A stretch of DNA of 64,000 bases. It comes from Mobula hypostoma. Taxonomy: Eukaryota. Shown here one piece after another: positions 24,629 through 39,600 of this stretch. The notes below the pieces were generated by a model, which saw only the letters and a program-made list of their open reading frames with translations, was not told where the DNA came from and did not search any database. The stretch covers positions 32,180,001 to 32,244,000 of the forward strand of contig NC_086109.1 of the NCBI RefSeq assembly GCF_963921235.1. Reading direction: 5' to 3'. The translations under genes and the position numbers were made by a program. Numbering within the stretch: the first letter of the stretch is position 1; each line of letters begins with the position of its first letter.

Positions 24629-27600
24629 CCTCTCCCACTGTCCATTCTCTCTTCTTCCCTTCCCCCACTGTCCATTCTCTCTTCATCCCCCTCCTCCACT
24701 GTCCATTCTCTCTTCATCCCCCTCCCCACTGCCCATTCTCTCTTCTTCTCCACTGTCCATTCTCTCTTCATACCCCTCCTCCACTGTCCATTCTCTCTTC
24801 ATCCCCCTCCCCGAATGTCCATTCTCTCTTCTCCCCCTCCCTCCACTGTCCATTCTCTCTTCATCCCCCTCCCCCACTGTCCATTCTCTCTTCATCGCCC
24901 TCCTCCACTGTCCATTCTCTCTTCATCCCCCTCCTCCACTGTCCATTCTCTCTGCATCCCCCTCCTCCACTGTCCATTCTCTCTTCATCCCCTCCCCAAC
25001 TGTCCATTCTCTCTTCATCCCCCTCTCCCACTGTCCATTCTCTGTTCAAACCCCTCTCCACTGTCCATTCTCTCTTTATCCCTCTCCCCCACTGTCCATT
25101 CTCTCTTCATCCCCCTCCCCCACTGTCCATTCTCTCTTCATCCCCCTCCCCGAATGTCCATTCTCTCTTTTGCCCTCCCTCCACTGTCCATTCTCTCTTC
25201 ATCCCCCTCCCTCACTGTCCATTCTCTCTTCATCGCCCTCCTCCACTGTCCATTCTCTCTTCATCCCCCTCCTCCACTGTCCATTCTCTCTGCATCCCCC
25301 TCCTCCACTGTCCATTCTCTCTTCATCCCCCTCCCCCATTGTCCATTCTCTCTTCATCCCTCACCCCACTGTCCATTCTCTCTTCATCCCCCTCCTCCAC
25401 TGTCCATTCTTTCTTCATCCCCCTCCTCCACTGTGCATTCTCTCTTCATATCCTACCCCACTGTCCATTCTCTCTTCTCCCCTCCCTCCCACTGTCCATT
25501 CTCTCTTCATCCCTCTCCCCCCACTGTCAAATCTCTCTTCATCCCCCCTCCTCTGTCCTTTCTCTCTTCACCCCCCTCCCCCACTGTCCATTCTCTCTTC
25601 ATCCCCCTCCCCACTGTCCATTCTCTCTTCATTCCTCACCCCACTGTCCATTCTCTCTTCTCCCCCACCCTCCACTGTCCATTCTCTCTTCTCCCCTTCC
25701 TCTCACTGTCCATTCTCTCTTCATCCCCCTCCCCCACTGTCCATTCTCTCTTCTCCCCTTCTTCCCACTGTCCATTCTCTCTTTATCCCTATCCCCCACT
25801 GTCCATTCTCTCTTTATCCCTCTCCCCCACTGTCCATTCTCTCTTCATCCCCCTTCGCCACTGTCCATTCTCTCTTCATCCCCCTCCCCGAATGTCCATT
25901 CTCTCTTCTCCCCCTCCCTCCACTGTCCATTCTCTCTTCATCCCCCTCCCCCACTGTCCATTCTCTCTTCATCGCCCTCCTCCACTGTCCATTCTCTCTT
26001 CATCCCCCTCCTCCACTGTCCATTCTCTCTGCATCCCCCTCCTCCACTGTCCATTCTCTCTTCATCCCCTCCCCAACTGTCCATTCTCTCTTCATCCCCC
26101 TCTCCCACTGTCCATTCTCTGTTCAAACCCCTCTCCACTGTCCATTCTCTCTTTATCCCTCTCCCCCACTGTCCATTCTCTCTTCATCCCCCTCCCCCAC
26201 TGTCCATTCTCTCTTCATCCCCCTCCCCGAATGTCCATTCTCTCTTTTGCCCTCCCTCCACTGTCCATTCTCTCTTCATCCCCCTCCCCCACTGTCCATT
26301 CTCTCTTCATCGCCCTCCTCCACTGTCCATTCTCTCTTCATCCCCCTCCTCCACTGTCCATTCTCTCTGCATCCCCCTCCTCCACTGTCCATTCTCTCTT
26401 CATCCCCCTCCCCCACTGTCCATTCTCTCTTCATCCCTCACCCCACTGTCCATTCTCTCTTCATCCCCCTCCTCCACTGTCCATTCTTTCTTCATCCCCC
26501 TCCTCCACTGTGCATTCTCTCTTCATATCCTACCCCACTGTCCATTCTCTCTTCTCCCCTCCCTCCCACTGTCCATTCTCTCTTCATCCCTCTCCCCCCA
26601 CTGTCAATTCTCTCTTCATCCCCCCTCCTCTGTCCTTTCTTTCTTCACCCCCCTCCCCCACTGTCCATTCTCTCTTCATCCCCCTCCCCACTGTCCATTC
26701 TCTCTTCATTCCTCACCCCACTGTCCATTCTCTCTTCTCCCCCACCCTCCACTGTCCATTCTCTCTTCTCCCCTTCCTCTCACTGTCCATTCTCTCTTCA
26801 TCCCCCTCCCCCACTGTCCATTCTCTCTTCTCCCCTTCTTCCCACTGTCCATTCTCTCTTTATCCCTATCCCCCACTGTCCATTCTCTCTTCATCCCCCT
26901 CCCCCACTGTCCATTCTCTCTTCATCCCTCTCCCCCCACTGTCCATTCTCTCTTCATCCCCCTCCCCCACTGTCCATTCTCTCTTCATCCCCCTCCTCCA
27001 CTGTCCATTCTCACTTCATCCCCCTCGCCCACTGTCCATTCTCTCTTCTCCCCCTCCCCCACTGTCCATTCTCTCTTCATTCCTCACCCCACTGCCCATT
27101 CTCTCTTCATCCCCCTCCTCCACTGTACATTTTCTCTTCATTCCCCTCCCTCACTGTCCATTCTGTCTTCTCCCCCTCCCTCCACTGTCCATTCTTTCTT
27201 CATCCCCCTCCCAACTGTCCATTCTCTCTTCATCCCCCTCCCCCACTGTCTATTCTCTTTTCATCTCCCTCCCCCACTGTCCATTCTCTCTTCTCCCCTC
27301 CCTCCCTGTCCATTCTCTCTTCATCCCTCACCCCACCGTCCATTCTCTCTTCATCCCCCTCCCCTACTGTCCATTCTCTCTTCATCCACCTCCCCACTGT
27401 CCATTCTCTCTTCATCCCCCTCCCCCACTGTCCGTTCTCTCTTCATCCCCCTCCCCCACTGTCCATTCTCTCGTCATCCCTCTCCCCCACTGTCCATTAT
27501 CTCTTCTCCCCCTCCCTCCACTATCCATTTTCTCTTCATCACTCATCCCACTGTCCATTCTCTTTTCATCCCCCTCCCACACTGTCCATTCTCTCTTCAT

Positions 27601-30600
27601 CCCTCCCCCACTGTCCATTCTCTCTTCATCCCCCTCCTCCACTGTCCATTCTCTCTTCATCCCCCCTCCTCTGTCCATTCTCTCTTCATCTCCCTGCCCC
27701 ACTGTCCATTCAGTCTTCTCCCCCTCCCTCCACTGTCCATTCTCTCTTCATCCCTTACCCCACTGTCCATTCTCTCTTCCTCCCCCTCCCCCACTGTCCA
27801 TTCTCTCTTCTCCCCTTCCTGCCACTGTCCATTCAGTCTTCTCCCCCTCCCTCCACTGTCCATTCTCTCTTCATCCCTTACCCCACTGTCCATTCTCTCT
27901 TCCTCCCCCTCCCCCACTGTCCATTCTCTCTTCTCCCCTTCCTGCCACTGTCCATTCTCTCTTCTCCCCCTCCCTCCACTGTCCATTCTCTCTTCATCCC
28001 TCACCCCACTGTCCATTATCTCTTCATCCCCCTCCCCAATGTCCATTCTCTCTTCTCCCCTTCCTCCCACTTTCCATTCTCTCTTTATCCCTCTTCCCAC
28101 TGTTATTCTCTCTTCATCCCCCTCCCCCACTGTCCATTCTCTCTTCATCCCCCTCCCCGAATGTCCATTCTCTCTTCTCCCCCTCCCTCCACTGTCCATT
28201 CTCTCTTCATCCCTCACCCCACTGTCCATTCTCTCATGCCCCTCCCCACTGTCCATTCTCTCTTCATCCCCCTCCTCCACTGTCCATTCTCTCTTCATCG
28301 CCCTCCTCCACTGTCCATTCTCTCTGCATCCCCCTCCTCCACTGTCCATTCTCTCTTCATCCCCTCCCCAACTGTCCATTCTCTCTTCATCCCCCTCTCC
28401 CACTGTCCATTCTCTGTTCAAACCCCTCTCCACTGTCCATTCTCTCTTTATCCCTCTCCCCCACTGTCCATTCTCTCTTCATCCCCCTCCCCCACTGTCC
28501 ATTCTCTCTTCATCCCCCTCCCCGAATGTCCATTCTCTCTTTTGCCCTCCCTCCACTGTCCATTCTCTCTTCATCCCCCTCCCCCACTGTCCATTCTCTC
28601 TTCATCGCCCTCCTCCACTGTCCATTCTCTCTTCATCCCCCTCCTCCACTGTCCATTCTCTCTGCATCCCCCTCCTCCACTGTCCATTCTCTCTTCATCC
28701 CCCTCCCCCACTGTCCATTCTCTCTTCATCCCTCACCCCACTGTCCATTCTCTCTTCATCCCCCTCCTCCACTGTCCATTCTTTCTTCATCCCCCTCCTC
28801 CACTGTGCATTCTCTCTTCATATCCTACCCCACTGTCCATTCTCTCTTCTCCCCTCCCTCCCACTGTCCATTCTCTCTTCATCCCTCTCCCCCCACTGTC
28901 AATTCTCTCTTCATCCCCCCTCCTCTGTCCTTTCTTTCTTCACCCCCCTCCCCCACTGTCCATTCTCTCTTCATCCCCCTCCCCACTGTCCATTCTCTCT
29001 TCATTCCTCACCCCACTGTCCATTCTCTCTTCTCCCCCACCCTCCACTGTCCATTCTCTCTTCTCCCCTTCCTCTCACTGTCCATTCTCTCTTCATCCCC
29101 CTCCCCCACTGTCCATTCTCTCTTCTCCCCTTCTTCCCACTGTCCATTCTCTCTTTATCCCTATCCCCCACTGTCCATTCTCTCTTCATCCCCCTCCCCC
29201 ACTGTCCATTCTCTCTTCATCCCTCTCCCCCCACTGTCCATTCTCTCTTCATCCCCCTCCCCCACTGTCCATTCTCTCTTCATCCCCCTCCTCCACTGTC
29301 CATTCTCACTTCATCCCCCTCGCCCACTGTCCATTCTCTCTTCTCCCCCTCCCCCACTGTCCATTCTCTCTTCATTCCTCACCCCACTGCCCATTCTCTC
29401 TTCATCCCCCTCCTCCACTGTACATTTTCTCTTCATTCCCCTCCCTCACTGTCCATTCTGTCTTCTCCCCCTCCCTCCACTGTCCATTCTTTCTTCATCC
29501 CCCTCCCAACTGTCCATTCTCTCTTCATCCCCCTCCCCCACTGTCTATTCTCTTTTCATCTCCCTCCCCCACTGTCCATTCTCTCTTCTCCCCTCCCTCC
29601 CTGTCCATTCTCTCTTCATCCCTCACCCCACCGTCCATTCTCTCTTCATCCCCCTCCCCTACTGTCCATTCTCTCTTCATCCACCTCCCCACTGTCCATT
29701 CTCTCTTCATCCCCCTCCCCCACTGTCCGTTCTCTCTTCATCCCCCTCCCCCACTGTCCATTCTCTCGTCATCCCTCTCCCCCACTGTCCATTATCTCTT
29801 CTCCCCCTCCCTCCACTATCCATTTTCTCTTCATCACTCATCCCACTGTCCATTCTCTTTTCATCCCCCTCCCACACTGTCCATTCTCTCTTCATCCCTC
29901 CCCCACTGTCCATTCTATCTTCATCCCCCTCCTCCACTGTCCATTCTCTCTTCATCCCCCCTCCTCTGTCCATTCTCTCTTCATCTCCCTGCCCCACTGT
30001 CCATTCAGTCTTCTCCCCCTCCCTCCACTGTCCATTCTCTCTTCATCCCTTACCCCACTGTCCATTCTCTCTTCCTCCCCCTCCCCCACTGTCCATTCTC
30101 TCTTCTCCCCTTCCTGCCACTGTCCATTCAGTCTTCTCCCCCTCCCTCCACTGTCCATTCTCTCTTCATCCCTTACCCCACTGTCCATTCTCTCTTCCTC
30201 CCCCTCCCCCACTGTCCATTCTCTCTTCTCCCCTTCCTGCCACTGTCCATTCTCTCTTCTCCCCCTCCCTCCACTGTCCATTCTCTCTTCATCCCTCACC
30301 CCACTGTCCATTATCTCTTCATCCCCCTCCCCAATGTCCATTCTCTCTTCTCCCCTTCCTCCCACTTTCCATTCTCTCTTTATCCCTCTTCCCACTGTTA
30401 TTCTCTCTTCATCCCCCTCCCCCACTGTCCATTCTCTCTTCATCCCCCTCCCCGAATGTCCATTCTCTCTTCTCCCCCTCCCTCCACTGTCCATTCTCTC
30501 TTCATCCCTCACCCCACTGTCCATTCTCTCATGCCCCTCCCCACTGTCCATTCTCTCTTCATCCCCCTCCTCCACTGTCCATTCTCTCTTCATCGCCCTC

Positions 30601-33600
30601 CTCCACTGTCCATTCTCTCTTCATCCCCTCCCCAACTGTCCATTCTCTCTTCATCACCCTCTCCCACTGTCCATTCTCTGTTCAAACCCCTCCCCACTGT
30701 CCATTTTCTCTTCTCCCCCTCCCTCCACTGTCCATTCTCTCTTCATCACCCCTCCTCTGTCCTTTCTCTCTTCATCCCCCTCCCAACTGTCCATTCTCTC
30801 TTCATCCCTCTCCCTCCACTGTCAATTCTCTCTTCATCACCCCTCCTCTGTCCTTTCTCTCTTCATCCCCCTCCCAACTGTCCATTCTCTCTTCTCCCCC
30901 ACCCTCCACTGTCCATTCTCTATTCATCCCTCACCCCACTGTCCATTCTCTCTGCTCCCCCACCCTCCACTGTCCATTCTCTCTTCATCCCTCCCCCACT
31001 GTCCATTCTCTCTTCTCCCCTTCCTCCCACTGTCCATTCTCTCTTCATCCCTCTCCCCCCACTGTCCATTCTCTCTTCAACCCCCTCCCCCACTGTCCAT
31101 TGTCTCTTCATCCCCACTCCTCTGTCCATTCTCTCTTCTCCCCCACCCTCCACTACCCATTCTCTCTTCATCCCCGTCCCCCACTGTCCATACTCTCTTC
31201 TCCCCTTCCTCTCACTGTCCATTCTCTCTTCATCCCCCTCCCCAATGTCCATTCTCTCTTCTCCCCTTCCTCTCACTGTCCATTCTCTCTTTATCCCTAT
31301 CCCCCACTGTCCATTCTCTCTTCATCCCCCTCCCCCACTGTCCATTCTCTCTACTCCCCCTCCCTCCACTGTCCATTCTCTCTTCATCCATCACCCCACT
31401 GTCCATTCTCTCTTCATCCCCCTCCCCCACTGTCCATTCTCTCTTCAATCCTCCCCCACTGTCCATTCTCTCTTCTCCCCCTCCCCCACTGTCCATTCTC
31501 TCTTCATCCCCCTCCCCCACTGTCCATTCTCTCTTCATCCCTTCCCAACTGTCCATTCTCTCTTCATCCTCCTCCTCCACTGTCCATTCTCTCTGCATCC
31601 CTCTCCTCCACTGTCCATTCTCTGTTCAAACCCCTCCCCACTGTCCATTCTCTCTTTATCCCTCTCCCCCACTGTCCATTCTCTCTTCATCCCCCTCCCC
31701 GAATGTCCATTCTCTCTTCTGCCCTCCCTCCACTGTCCATTCTCTCTTCATACCCCTCCCCCACTGTCCATTCTCTCTTCATCCCCCTCCTCCACTGTCC
31801 GTTCTCTCTTCATCCCCCTCCCCCACTGTCCATTCTCTCTTCATCCCTCACCCCACTGTCCATTCTCTCATGCCCCTCCCCACTGTCCATTCTCTCTTCA
31901 TCCCCCTCCTCCACTGTCCATTCTCTCTTCATCGCCCTCCTCCACTGTCCATTCTCTCTTCATCCCCTCCCCAACTGTCCATTCTCTCTTCATCACCCTC
32001 TCCCACTGTCCATTCTCTGTTCAAACCCCTCCCCACTGTCCATTTTCTCTTCTCCCCCTCCCTCCACTGTCCATTCTCTCTTCATCACCCCTCCTCTGTC
32101 CTTTCTCTCTTCATCCCCCTCCCAACTGTCCATTCTCTCTTCATCCCTCTCCCTCCACTGTCAATTCTCTCTTCATCACCCCTCCTCTGTCCTTTCTCTC
32201 TTCATCCCCCTCCCAACTGTCCATTCTCTCTTCTCCCCCACCCTCCACTGTCCATTCTCTATTCATCCCTCACCCCACTGTCCATTCTCTCTGCTCCCCC
32301 ACCCTCCACTGTCCATTCTCTCTTCATCCCTCCCCCACTGTCCATTCTCTCTTCTCCCCTTCCTCCCACTGTCCATTCTCTCTTCATCCCTCTCCCCCCA
32401 CTGTCCATTCTCTCTTCAACCCCCTCCCCCACTGTCCATTGTCTCTTCATCCCCACTCCTCTGTCCATTCTCTCTTCTCCCCCACCCTCCACTACCCATT
32501 CTCTCTTCATCCCCGTCCCCCACTGTCCATACTCTCTTCTCCCCTTCCTCTCACTGTCCATTCTCTCTTCATCCCCCTCCCCAATGTCCATTCTCTCTTC
32601 TCCCCTTCCTCTCACTGTCCATTCTCTCTTTATCCCTATCCCCCACTGTCCATTCTCTCTTCATCCCCCTCCCCCACTGTCCATTCTCTCTACTCCCCCT
32701 CCCTCCACTGTCCATTCTCTCTTCATCCATCACCCCACTGTCCATTCTCTCTTCATCCCCCTCCCCCACTGTCCATTCTCTCTTCAATCCTCCCCCACTG
32801 TCCATTCTCTCTTCTCCCCCTCCCCCACTGTCCATTCTCTCTTCATCCCCCTCCTCCACTGTCCATTCTCTCTTCATCCCCCTCCCCCACTGTCCATTCT
32901 CTCTTCATCCCCCTCCCCCACTGTCCATTCTCTCTTCATCCCTTCCCAACTGTCCATTCTCTCTTCATCCTCCTCCTCCACTGTCCATTCTCTCTGCATC
33001 CCTCTCCTCCACTGTCCATTCTCTGTTCAAACCCCTCCCCACTGTCCATTCTCTCTTTATCCCTCTCCCCCACTGTCCATTCTCTCTTCATCCCCCTCCC
33101 CGAATGTCCATTCTCTCTTCTGCCCTCCCTCCACTGTCCATTCTCTCTTCATACCCCTCCCCCACTGTCCATTCTCTCTTCATCCCCCTCCTCCACTGTC
33201 CGTTCTCTCTTCATCCCCCTCCCCCACTGTCCATTCTCTCTTCATCCCTCACCCCACTGTCCATTCTCTCTTCATCCCCCTCCTCCACTGTCCATTCTCT
33301 CTTCATCCCCCTCCCCCACTGTCCATTCTCTCTTCATCCCCCTCTCCGAATGTCCATTCTCTCTTCTGCCCTCCCTCCACTGTCCATTCTCTCTTCATCC
33401 CCCTCCCCCACTGTCCATTCTCTCTTCATCCCCCTCCTCCACTGTCCATTCACTCTTCATCCCCCTCCCCCACTGTCCATTCTCTCTTCATTCCTCACCC
33501 CACTGTCCATTCTCTCTTCATCCCCCTCCTCCACTGTCCATTCTTTCTTCATCCCCCTCCTCCACTGTCCATTCTCTCTTCATATCCTCCCCCACTGTCC

Positions 33601-36600
33601 ATTCTCTCTTCTCCCCTTCTTCCCACTGTCCATTTTCTCTTTATCCCTATCCCCCACTGTCCATTCTCTCTTCATCCCTCTCCCCCCACTGTCCATTCTC
33701 TCTTCATCCCCCTCCTCCACTGTCCATTCTCACTTCATCCCCCTCCGCCACTGTCCATTCTCTCTTCTCCCCCTCCCCCACTGTTCATTCTCTCTTCATT
33801 CCTCACCCCTCTGCCCATTCTCTCTTCATCCCCCTCCTCCACTGTACATTTTCTCTTCATTCCCCTCCCTCACTGTCCATTCTGTCTTCTCCCCCTCCCT
33901 CCACTGTCCATTCTCTCTTCATCCCCCTCCCCACTGTCCATTCTCTCTTCATCCCCCTCCCCCACTGTCTATTCTCTTTTCATCTCCCTCCCCCACTGTC
34001 CATTCTCTCTTCTCCCCTCCCTCCACTATCCATTCTCTCTTCATCCCTCACCCCACCGTACATTCTCTCTTCATCCCCCTCCCCTACTGTCCATTCTCTC
34101 TTCATCCCCCTCCCCCACTGTCCATTCTCTCTTCATCCCCCTCCCCGAATGTCCATTCTCTCTTCTGCCCTCCCTCCACTGTCCATTCTCTCTTCATCCC
34201 CCTCCCCCACTGTCCATTCTCTCTTCATCCCCCTCCTCCACTGTCCATTCACTCTTCATCCCCCTCCCCCACTGTCCATTCTCTCTTCATTCCTCACCCC
34301 ACTGTCCATTCTCTCTTCATCCCCCTCCTCCACTGTCCATTCTTTCTTCATCCCCCTCCTCCACTGTCCATTCTCTCTTCATATCCTCCCCCACTGTCCA
34401 TTCTCTCTTCTCCCCTTCTTCCCACTGTCCATTTTCTCTTTATCCCTATCCCCCACTGTCCATTCTCTCTTCATCCCTCTCCCTCCACTGTCCATTCTCT
34501 CTTCATCCCCCTCCTCCACTGTCCATTCTCACTTCATCCCCCTCCTCCACTGTCCATTCTCTCTTCTCCCCCTCCCCCACTGTTCATTCTCTCTTCATTC
34601 CTCACCCCTCTGCCCATTCTCTCTTCATCCCCCTCCTCCACTGTACATTTTCTCTTCATTCCCCTCCCTCACTGTCCATTCTGTCTTCTCCCCTCCCTCC
34701 ACTGTCCATTCTCTCTTCATCCCCCTCCCCACTGTCCATTCTCTCTTCATCCCCCTCCCCCACTGTCTATTCTCTTTTCATCTCCCTCCCCCACTGTCCA
34801 TTCTCTCTTCTCCCCTCCCTCCACTATCCATTCTCTCTTCATCCCTCACCCCACCGTACATTCTCTCTTCATCCCCCTCCCCTACTGTCCATTCTCTCTT
34901 CATCCCCCTCCCCACTGTCCATTCTCTCTTCATCCCCCTCCCCCACTGTCCATTCTCTCTTCATCCCCCTCCCCCACTGTCCGTTCTCTCTTCATCCCTC
35001 TCCCCCACTGTCCATTATCTCTTCTCCCCCTCCCTCCACTATCCATTTTCTCTTCATCACTCATCCCACTGTCCATTCTCTTTTCATCCCCCTCCCCCAC
35101 TGTCCATTCTCTCTTCATCCCTCCCCCACTGTCCATTCTCTCTTCATCCCCCTCCTCCACTGTCCATTCTCTCTTCATCCCCCCTCCTCTGTCCATTCTC
35201 TCTTCATCTCCCTGCCCCACTGTCCATTCAGTCTTCTCCCCCTCCCTCCACTGTCCATTCTCTCTTCTTCCCTTACCCCACTGTCCATTCTCTCTTCCTC
35301 CCCCTCCCCGAATGTCCATTCTCTCTTCTGCCCTCCCTCCACTGTCCATTCTCTCTTCATCCCCCTCCCCCACTGTCCATTCTCTCTTCATCCCCCTCCT
35401 CCACTGTCCATTTTCTCTTCATCCCCCTCCCCGAATGTCCATTCTCTCTTCTGCCCTCCCTCCACTGTCCATTCTCTCTTCATCCCCCTCCCCCACTGTC
35501 CATTCTCTCTTCATCCCCCTCCTCCACTGTCCATTCACTCTTCATCCCCCTCCCCCACTGTCCATTCTCTCTTCATCCCTCTCCCCCACTGTCCATTATC
35601 TCTTCTCCCCCTCCCTCCACTATCCATTTTCTCTTCATCACTCATCCCACTGTCCATTCTCTTTTCATCCCCCTCCCCCACTGTCCATTCTCTCTTCTTC
35701 CCTCCCCCACTGTCCATTCTCTCTTCATCCCCCTCCTCCACTGTCCATTCTCTCTTCATCCCCCCTCCTCTGTCCATTCTCTCTTCATCTCCCTGCCCCA
35801 CTGTCCATTCAGTCTTCTCCCCCTCCCTCCACTGTCCATTCTCTCTTCATCCCTTACCCCACTGTCCATTCTCTCTTCCTCCCCCTCCCCGAATGTCCAT
35901 TCTCTCTTCTGCCCTCCCTCCACTGTCCATTCTCTCTTCATCCCCCTCCCCCACTGTCCATTCTCTCTTCATCCCCCTCCTCCACTGTCCATTCTCTCTT
36001 CATCCCCCTCCCCCACTGTCCATTCTCACTTCATCCCTCACCCCACTGTCCATTCTCTCTTCATCCCCCTCCTCCACTGTCCATTCTCTCTTTATCCCCC
36101 TCCCCCACTGTCCATTCTCTCTTCATCCCCCTCCCCGAATGTCCATTCTCTCTTCTGCCCTCCCTCCACTGTCCATTCTCTCTTCATCCCCCTCCCCCAC
36201 TGTCCATTCTCTCTTCATCCCCCTCCTCCACTGTCCATTCACTCTTCATCCCCCTCCCCACTGTCCATTCTCTCTTCATCCCTCACCCCACTGTCCATTC
36301 TCTCTTCATCCCCCTCCTCCACTGTCCATTCTTTCTTCATCCCCCTCCTCCACTGTCCATTGTCTCTTCATATCCTCCCCCACTGTCCATTCTCTCTTCT
36401 CCCCTTCTTCCCACTGTCCATTTTCTCTTTATCCCTATCCCCCACTGTCCATTCTCTCTTCATCCCTCTCCCCCCACTGTCCATTCTCTCTTCATCCCCC
36501 TCCTCCACTGTCCATTCTCACTTCATCCCCCTCCTCCACTGTCCATTCTCTCTTCTCCCCCTCCCCCACTGTCCATTCTCTCTTCATTCCTCACCTCACT

Positions 36601-39600
36601 GCCCATTCTCTCTTCATCCCCCTCCTCCACTGTACATTTTCTCTTCATTCCCCTCCCTCACTGTCCATTCTGTCTTCTCCCCCTCCCTCCACTGTCCATT
36701 CTCTCTTCATCCCCCTCCCCACTGTCCATTCTCTCTTCAACCCCCTCCCCCACTGTCTATTCTCTCTTCATCCCCCTCCCCACTGTCCATTCTCTCTTCA
36801 TCCCCCTCCCCCACTGTCTATTCTCTTTTCATCTCCCTCCCCCACTGTCCATTCTCTCTTCTCCCCTCCCTCCACTGTCCATTTTCTCTTCATCCCTCTC
36901 CCCCCACTGTCCATTCTCTCTTCATTCCCCTCCTCCACTGTCCATTCTCTCTGCATCCCTCTCCTCCACTGTCCATTCTCTGTTCAAACCCCTCCCCACT
37001 GTCCATTCTCTCTTTATCCCTCTCCCCCACTGTCCATTCTCTCTTCATCCCCCTCCCCGAATGTCCATTCTCTCTTCTGCTCTCCCTCCACTGTCCATTC
37101 TCTCTTCATCCCTCCCTCACTGTCCATTCTCTCTTCATCCCCCTCCTCCACTGTCCATTCTCTCTTCATCCCCCCTCCTCTGTCCATTCTCTCTTCATCT
37201 CCCTGCCCCACTGTCCATTCAGTCTTCTCCCCCTCCCTCCACTGTCCATTCTCTCTTCATCCCTTACCCCACTGTCCATTCTCTCTTCCTCCCCCTCCCC
37301 CACTGTCCATTCTCTCTTCTCCCCTTCCTGCCACTGTCCATTCTCTCTTCTCCCCCTCCCTCCACTGTCCATTCTCTCTTCATCCGTCACCCCACTGTCC
37401 ATTATCTCTTCATCCCCCTCCTCCACTGTCCATTCTCTCTTCATCCCCCTCCTCTACTGTCCATTCTCTCTTCATCCCCTTCTTCCACTGTCCATTTTCT
37501 CTTCATCCCCCTCCTCCACTGTCCATTCTCTCTTCATCCCCTCCCCCACTGTCCTTTCTCTCTTCAGCCCCCTCCCCCACTGTCCATTCTCTCTTCATCC
37601 CCCTCCCCACTGTCCATTCTCTCTTCTCCCACACCCTCCTCTGTCCATTCCTTCTTCATCCCTCACCACACTGTCCATTCTCTCTTCATCCCCCTCCCCC
37701 ACTGTCCATTCTCTCTTCTCCCCCTCCCTCCACTACCCATTCTTTCTTCATCCCCCTCCCCAATGTCCATTCTCTCTTCTCCCCTTCCTCCCACTTTCCA
37801 TTCTCTCTTTATCCCTCTCCCCCACTGTCCATTCTCTCTTCATCCCCCTCCGCCACTGTCCATTCTCTCTTCATCCCCCTCCCCGAATGTCCATTCACTC
37901 TTCTCCCCCTCCCTCCACTGTCCATTCTCTCTTCATCCCTCACCCCACTGTCCATTCTCTCATGCCCCTCCCCACTGTCCATTCTCTCTTCATCGCCCTC
38001 CTCCACTGTCCATTCTCTCTTCATCCCCTCCCCAACTGTCCATTCTCTCTTCATCCCCCTCTCCCACTGTCCATTCTCTGTTCAAACCCCTACCCACTGT
38101 CCATTTTCTCTTCTCCCCCTCCCTCCACTGTCCATTCTCTCTTCATCCCTCCCCCACTGTCCATTCCCTCTTCTCCCCTTCCTCCCACTGCCCATTCTCT
38201 CTTCATCCCCCTTCCCCACTGTCCATTCTCTCTTCTCCCCTTCTTCCCACTGTCCATTCTCTCTTCATCCATCACCCCACTGTCCATTCTCTCATGCCCC
38301 TCCCCACTGTCCATTCTCTCTTCATCTCCCTCCTCTACTGTCCATTCTCTCTTCTCCCCCTCCCTCCACTGTCCATTCTCTCTTCATCTCTCACCCCACT
38401 GTCCATTCTCTCTTCATCCCCCTCCCCCACCGTCCATTCTCTCTTCAATCCTCCCCGACTGTCCATTCTCTCTTCTCCCCCTCCCCCACTGTCCATTCTC
38501 TCTTCATCCCCCTCCTCCACTGTCCATTCTCTCTTCATCCCCCTCCCCCACTGTCCATTCTCTCTTCATCCCCCTCCCCCACTGTCCATTCTCTCTTCAT
38601 CCCTTCCCAACTGTCCATTCTCTCTTCATCCCCCTCCCCCACTGTCCATTCTCTCTTCTCCCCTTCCTCCCACTGTCCATTCTCTCTTCATCCCTCTCCC
38701 CCCACTGTCCATTCTCTCTTCATCCCCCCTCCTCTGTCCGTTCTCTCTTCTCCCCCTGCCTCTACTACCCATTCTCTCTTCATCCCCCTCACCCACTGTC
38801 CATTCTCTCTTCACCCCCCTCCCTCCACTATCCATTCACTCTTCATCCCCTCCCCCACTGTCCATTCTCTCTTCATCCCTCCTCAACTGTCCATTCTCTC
38901 TTCATCGCCCTCCCCCACTGTCCATTCTATCTTCTACCCTTCCTCCCACTGTCCATTCTCTCTTCATTCCTCTCCCCCCACTGTTCATTCTCTCTTCACC
39001 CCCCTCCCACACTGTCCATTCTCTCCTCATCCCCCCTCCTCTGACCATTCTCTCTTCTCCCCCTATCTCTACTACCCATTCTCTCTTCATCCCCCTCACC
39101 CACTGTCCATTCTCTCTTCTGCCCTTCCTCTCACTGTCCATTCTCTCTTCATCCCCCTCCCCCACTGTCCATTCTCTCTTCTCCCCTTCTTCCCACTGTC
39201 CATTCTCTCTTCATCCCCCTACCCCACTGTCCATTCTCTCTTCATCCCCCTCCCCCACTGTCCATTCTCTCTTATCCCCCTCCCTCCACTATACATTCTC
39301 TCTTCATCCCTCACCCCACTGTCCATTCTCTCATGCCCCTCCCCACTGTCCATTCTCTCTTCATCCCCCTCCTCTACTGTCCATTCTCTCTTCATCCCCC
39401 TCCTCCACTGTCCATTCTCTCTTCATCCCACTCCTCCACTGTCCATTCTCTCTTCATCCCATCCCCAACTGTCCATTATATCTTCATCCCGCTCTTCCAC
39501 TGTCCATTCTCTCTTCATCCCCCTCCCCACTCTCCATTCTCTCTTCTCCCCTTCCCTCCACTGTCCATTCTCTCTTCATCCCTCACCCCACTGTCCATTC

